From Saprolegnia diclina VS20 (Eukaryota), in assembly GCF_000281045.1 (NCBI RefSeq), contig NW_008246115.1, positions 209,506 through 273,505 on the forward strand: a stretch of 64,000 nt of DNA. Reading direction: 5' to 3'. Under the pieces are notes generated by a model. It searched no databases. It was not told where the DNA came from and saw nothing but the letters and a program-made list of their open reading frames with translations. Every line of letters begins with the position of its first letter. Position 1 is the first letter of the stretch. Below are positions 59,662 through 64,000 of this stretch, one piece after another. The position numbers were made by a program, and so were the translations under genes.

Positions 59662-60343
59662 ACACTTTAAAATCATCACCGCAGAATTCGTTCCTAAGTC
59701 TACTCGTTCTTTGCCGCCATTGTAGCGCTACATGCAAAATCGGAAAGTGAGTTTAGAGACGTGGGATCCGCGCAACCGGCACGCAACCGACGACCATCCG
59801 TTCTGCTGGCCACTCATTGGGCCGCGTCCTTCCGTATCCGGCTACATCCGGATAATGTTGAAACGCCTTCGCGCGCTTTTGCACTCGGCTGGTGTGGCCG
59901 TCGACGCGTCAATAACTCCTGCAGCTTTCGATTATAGGAGAAGAAGTCTCTGTCTTGCGAAGATGTACTTTAGTAGCTACTGACTAGCGTGTATTGTGGC
60001 GCAATTCGACTTTGCCCGATGCAAGATGCGACTCTTTAGCGCATTACCGAGGTCGCCAGACGCCTCTTGTCTGCTTGACTGCTTTGCTTGAAAGAGGTGC
60101 CGTTTCACTAGTCATGCAGCAGCCAAGTAGCTGCAGCAGCGGCAATGACGCGCCCGCGCCGAAAAGGCAAAGAGCTTGTTGGAGCAGAGAGACGGAGAGA
60201 CGTTGCTTCCTGAGCGCGTTGGCCGTTCTTCCTGCGTCGGCGTCGTCTCCTACCAAGTATGCTGCAGCCTCTCCGCACTAGTAACAACAACCCCCGACAC
60301 TTGAGTGTTTCTATTCTACGTAGGACACAAAGAGCCTCGTACT

Positions 60344-61804
60344 CTACAGCGACGAGTCCGAGAGCGTGAGCAAGTCCGAGTGCAGTTCACGCAGCGCGTC
60401 AAAGCTCATGCCGGCTTGTACGTACTCGTGGACGACGCGGCGGTCAATCGTATGGACGCCATGCGCGAGGCCACTCAGGTACTTGGGGATCGCGTCTGTG
60501 ATCATGACCGCCGAGAGACACGCCGTGGACGTCAAGGAAGCAAAGACCGGTGCCTCGGGCAGGGCAACTAATGGGCGCGGGAGCGTCACAAGGTGGCAAA
60601 AGTCGAACGGCGCCTTGAGCTGCCACGTCGGCATCGTCACGCCAGCAAACGCAGTGGGGTCGCCACGCAGCGTCAAGAGCTGCAAATGGTACTGACGCGA
60701 CCGCGTCCACGACGGATCTTGCACGCCAATCGGCAGCAGCGACGCAGCATCCAGGAGCTCCAAGCGAGTGGCGCCACTTTGTTTGAAGAAATCGGCTGGC
60801 GGATCCAACAAGCAAGCGAGCTCCATGACCTTCATGCTGCGCCGCAGCGGAAAGGCGACGTTTCGCATCTGCATGTTGGACGTGCGCGGGAAGCGGTAGG
60901 GTGCCGACATGACGTCCCAGGCCGCGGCCGTCAGCAGCGGTCCGTCGGTCGAGATCGGCGACAAAGTCGCAAACGAGCCTACTGCGTCGCCCGACGTGGC
61001 CAGCGGGAAGAAGACGTCCGAGAGCTCGTGCAAATGGAGGATCGAGGACGCCATGTTGATGGCACGGCGGCCGTCGTGCTTGGCTTGGTCAAAGAGGCCC
61101 ACTTGCGGCGTAAGCGGGTACCTAGATGCAGAGGCATGATGCTTGACGACGCGCAGATAAGACACGGTACCGCTCGTCGAGGCCGGCGCACATCACAAAG
61201 GCCGAGGGGCACTCTTCGCGGAGCTCGCGCAGGACTTCTGTCGCAAAGCCGCCCCAGGTCGAGTCGATATCCACAAAGCATTGGACGCCCTATGCAATGT
61301 GTTCCGTGAGAGACGAAGGCAGCATCGCGTGACGTGTACCTGGATCGAGTCGCACGCCTCAAGCGACTGGCGCACGTGGTCTTGGGCAGCTTCGAGCGTC
61401 TCGCGGCGCAGCTTGCCGTCGCCTGAGAGGAGCCCATCGTAGTAGTTGTTCATCGGATCAAACGACCGAAACTCGGCGACCTCGACGACCGAGCGCGGGT
61501 GCAAGACCGACGTTGGCATAGCAGCCTCGCCAACACCATTGTCGTCTTGGGCGACGGTCTTGACACCGCCATCCCACGCGCTCACCTCGTGGTCCTGCCG
61601 GGCGCCGGCCACCTTGATTTCGCCCTTGCCACCAAAGGCCACGGTGCGCGGAACGCTGCGGCCGTTGCGGAGCATGAGCGACATGTCGGCCTCCTGCTCA
61701 TCACCAGGCTGGCGCCCGGCGGACTCGCGCAACGCGCTGGACCAGAGAGCCTCGCCGACGCGGTTGCTGGCGCTGCCAAACTGCAGGGTCACGATCTCCC
61801 GCAT
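60344..61804 (-). CDS. MSTO1: Misato/Dml1 tubulin-FtsZ-like protein, multi-exon
   Basis: MREIVTLQFGSASNRVG..W, VPRTVAF, LHPRSV, DHVRQSLEACDSIQ/GFQCFVDIDSTWGGFA and INMASSILHL. Confidence 0.85.
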
Positions 61805-61929
61805 GTGCTCTGGATTCGACTGTGCCGAAATTAAGATCGCCGCCCGTTGATGCGCGCAATGATTGGCCGACGACGCCTTCGCTGCGGCACATGCCGATTT
61901 CGGTGTGCCGAATTGGACCAATCGCGGCG

Positions 61930-63015
61930 ATGGTGTATTGCCCGATCTGCAAGCGCAACGATGGCAAGAAGCATGGCTTCACGGCCGGCCACGTGCGCAA
62001 GGCCGAGGCCTTTGTCGCGAGACAGATGCAGAAGACCACGGAGCTCCTAGAGCGGGCGAAGACGCCGCCGTTCTGGTGTGTCTTCTGCGATGCCGACCAA
62101 GACGACATTGCACACCTCGCGACCAAGGCCCACACCATGGCTGTGCGTATGTTCTGCAAGACGCACCGCTGCACCTTCGACCCAAAGCTCATGGGCAGTC
62201 CTCTACCATTACGAGAAGAGCCTACGCCCAGCGAGCCCGTCGTAGCGACCGTACCTACCGAGCCGGCCGCTGGTCGCCGCGCCGACGTCCAAGCTGCGTT
62301 CTTGGACTCGGTGGCCACGCGGCTGCACGAACGCTCTGGCGGCGTTGCTATCCCGACGCCTCGACTGCCGTCGTCGTTTCCCAACGTCACGTCTCCGCTT
62401 GGCGTGATCCAGAATCCCACCGGCGTTGACGCAGAGACTGGCGACCGCGTCTGGGGCGGCGGCATCGTCAAGGTGTCCAAGAACGCTATGACGTCATGGC
62501 CCATCGATGCGCTCGTGCAGCAACTGCTTCGCCTGCGCTTTCAACCAACAATCCCGTCCGATGACCAGCCGCGCGTCACCGACATGGCGCATGGCCACGG
62601 CCTGAGCTCGATCCGACGCGCATGGGCGTCCAAGCCGGTTCACAACGTCCACTCGGGCGCCGTGCCGCCGTGGCTCGTAGCGTCCACGGAAGAGTACTAC
62701 CGCCGCAACGCTCGGACACCATCCACACCAACCGTCGCAACAACCTCCAGCTGGCTGCCCAAGTTTGGCGGCGTCTGGGAGGCGGGTCCGCGGAGCCAAA
62801 CCAAGCGCACCTTCACGGCCCCGCTGTCGTCTCGAACAGTAAAGAGCGTCCAGCCCACGACCACACCACCGGACGCTGCACCGTCCAACCATGACCAATG
62901 CGCGTCATCGGTCGATGCCAAGGCGGTCGCCCTCGCCACGCAAAAACAAGATTTACGCGCGAAATTGCGGGCCAAACAACTAGCAAAAGCCCCAAATATT
63001 ATCACGGGCGACTAA
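61930..63015 (+). CDS. CCDC84: CCDC84/CENATAC (TITAN-like) zinc-finger protein, intronless
   Basis: Two C2H2-like fingers (YCPICKR..H..H and FWCVFCD..HLATKAH), plus conserved NVHSGAVPPWL and WLPKFGGVW..GPRSQTKRTF. Confidence 0.82.
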   Translation: MVYCPICKRNDGKKHGFTAGHVRKAEAFVARQMQKTTELLERAKTPPFWCVFCDADQDDIAHLATKAHTMAVRMFCKTHRCTFDPKLMGSPLPLREEPTPSEPVVATVPTEPAAGRRADVQAAFLDSVATRLHERSGGVAIPTPRLPSSFPNVTSPLGVIQNPTGVDAETGDRVWGGGIVKVSKNAMTSWPIDALVQQLLRLRFQPTIPSDDQPRVTDMAHGHGLSSIRRAWASKPVHNVHSGAVPPWLVASTEEYYRRNARTPSTPTVATTSSWLPKFGGVWEAGPRSQTKRTFTAPLSSRTVKSVQPTTTPPDAAPSNHDQCASSVDAKAVALATQKQDLRAKLRAKQLAKAPNIITGD

Positions 63016-63372
63016 CGACACTGTTTTCCACCTTGATTTCTTTTAATCCACCTTGATTTCTTCGAACCGTATTCTCTCAGTGAACACTATGCTCCATCAA
63101 AGTCTCAAGTCACTTATCGCCGCTATAGCGTGTCCTCTCTTCAGCCAAGAAATTGTACTGTAGAGAATCAACGAATCCTCGTGATCTAATAGACGACGAG
63201 AAGCGGGTCCACACGAAAATGTATATAATCTTTGTTTTGGTTTTGGCGCGATAAATACCCACTAAATTACGCTAGGTTCGAATCAAAGAGGTCTGGTTGA
63301 GGTTGTCGGGATAATAAAAAAGAAAAGCCACGCGCTTCGTCTTGGCGGTGGCAGAGGTCGAGGTAAAGCGCC

Positions 63373-64000
63373 TTAGTTGTAGCTTGGCGAGGGCACCCAC
63401 GTGGTCGCCGCCCACTGCGGGTGGTACGCACTGTAGTAAGGGTCCCGACCCATCGCGAGCTGGTCGTTCGTGTACGCCTCTGGTTCGTACGCGTACGAGG
63501 TTTGGTGCTGCTGGTTCAGGTGCTGCTGGTTGCTCAGCAGCGACGGCTGGTGCTGCGTAAAGTACGTCGACGGCGACCACTCGCTCTCTGGCTCGTACAC
63601 CGGTTCTTGCGGCGACGGCGGCGTCTTGAGCAGCATCGCTTGCGGCGAGCTGTGCGCCATCGGGTAAAAGACTAGCGTGCCAAAGGCCGTGCTCGTCGAG
63701 AGGACCTGCACCGCGTAGCGATCTTCCTGCGGCACCTTGGCGAGCTTGGACTGAAACTGCGCATGGACCGAGAGCGGCACGGGCTGCGTCACGTACGGCA
63801 GGTAGTGCTGCATCCAGACGACGCACTCCCACACGTTCTCGGGCTTGACGAGCAGCAAGTGCGAGAGGGCGTACAGGTTGTGGGTGGGCGCGAGGAGGAA
63901 GAGCGCGGCGCCCCCAAGGACACTTGGTAAAAAGTTGATCGAGAACGAGTCGAGCGTCGCAACGTCGAGGAGGTTGCACGCGAGGTGGAACACCGTCATG
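63373..64000 (-). CDS. 3' part of a hypothetical protein, truncated by the window edge
   Basis: Open frame of at least 208 aa with typical codon usage (INFLPSVLGGAALF) and a Gln/Tyr/Pro-rich tail. Confidence 0.65.
   Translation of the reverse strand, partial: MTVFHLACNLLDVATLDSFSINFLPSVLGGAALFLLAPTHNLYALSHLLLVKPENVWECVVWMQHYLPYVTQPVPLSVHAQFQSKLAKVPQEDRYAVQVLSTSTAFGTLVFYPMAHSSPQAMLLKTPPSPQEPVYEPESEWSPSTYFTQHQPSLLSNQQHLNQQHQTSYAYEPEAYTNDQLAMGRDPYYSAYHPQWAATTWVPSPSYN

Noticed and set aside
63027..63062. 16-bp direct repeat tccaccttgatttctt; also gcttacgaaaca x2 at 28095-28127
   Set aside because: Two-copy local slippage duplications with no spacer array, so not CRISPR and of no evident function.
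63272..63290. ggttcgaatc resembling a tRNA T-loop
   Set aside because: No cloverleaf stems or A-box in the flanks.

Overview
Gene-dense, GC-rich eukaryotic DNA with many short (about 40-55 nt) GT-AG introns. The intron style, Inr/FPR and CCAAT promoter elements and gene content point to an oomycete, probably Saprolegniales (inference). About 30 protein-coding genes can be reconstructed by hand-splicing. Housekeeping genes include WDR53-like, TPK1, NAA60, EDRF1, CPT2, CRNKL1, PDI, PSMB2, DDX27, BUD23, Misato and CENATAC/CCDC84. Also present are a bacterial-type RadA/Sms, an intronless glutathionylspermidine/trypanothione-synthetase-like gene, an eIF2-alpha kinase, an atypical bZIP-START factor and several members of an expanded LRR family, some disrupted. 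The standout is a single gene (13845-16153, minus) that appears to fuse an Atg1/ULK kinase and LIR motif to two tandem Atg11/FIP200 Claw-like domains in place of the usual EAT/MIT region. Non-coding signals include a double perfect palindrome, an intronic hairpin, an inverted duplication of a gene 3' end, a GTAC cluster in a bidirectional promoter and a recurrent paired CCGGAT motif. There is one assembly gap (51111-51400). No rRNA, tRNA or CRISPR was seen. All assignments come from motif recognition, not database searches.
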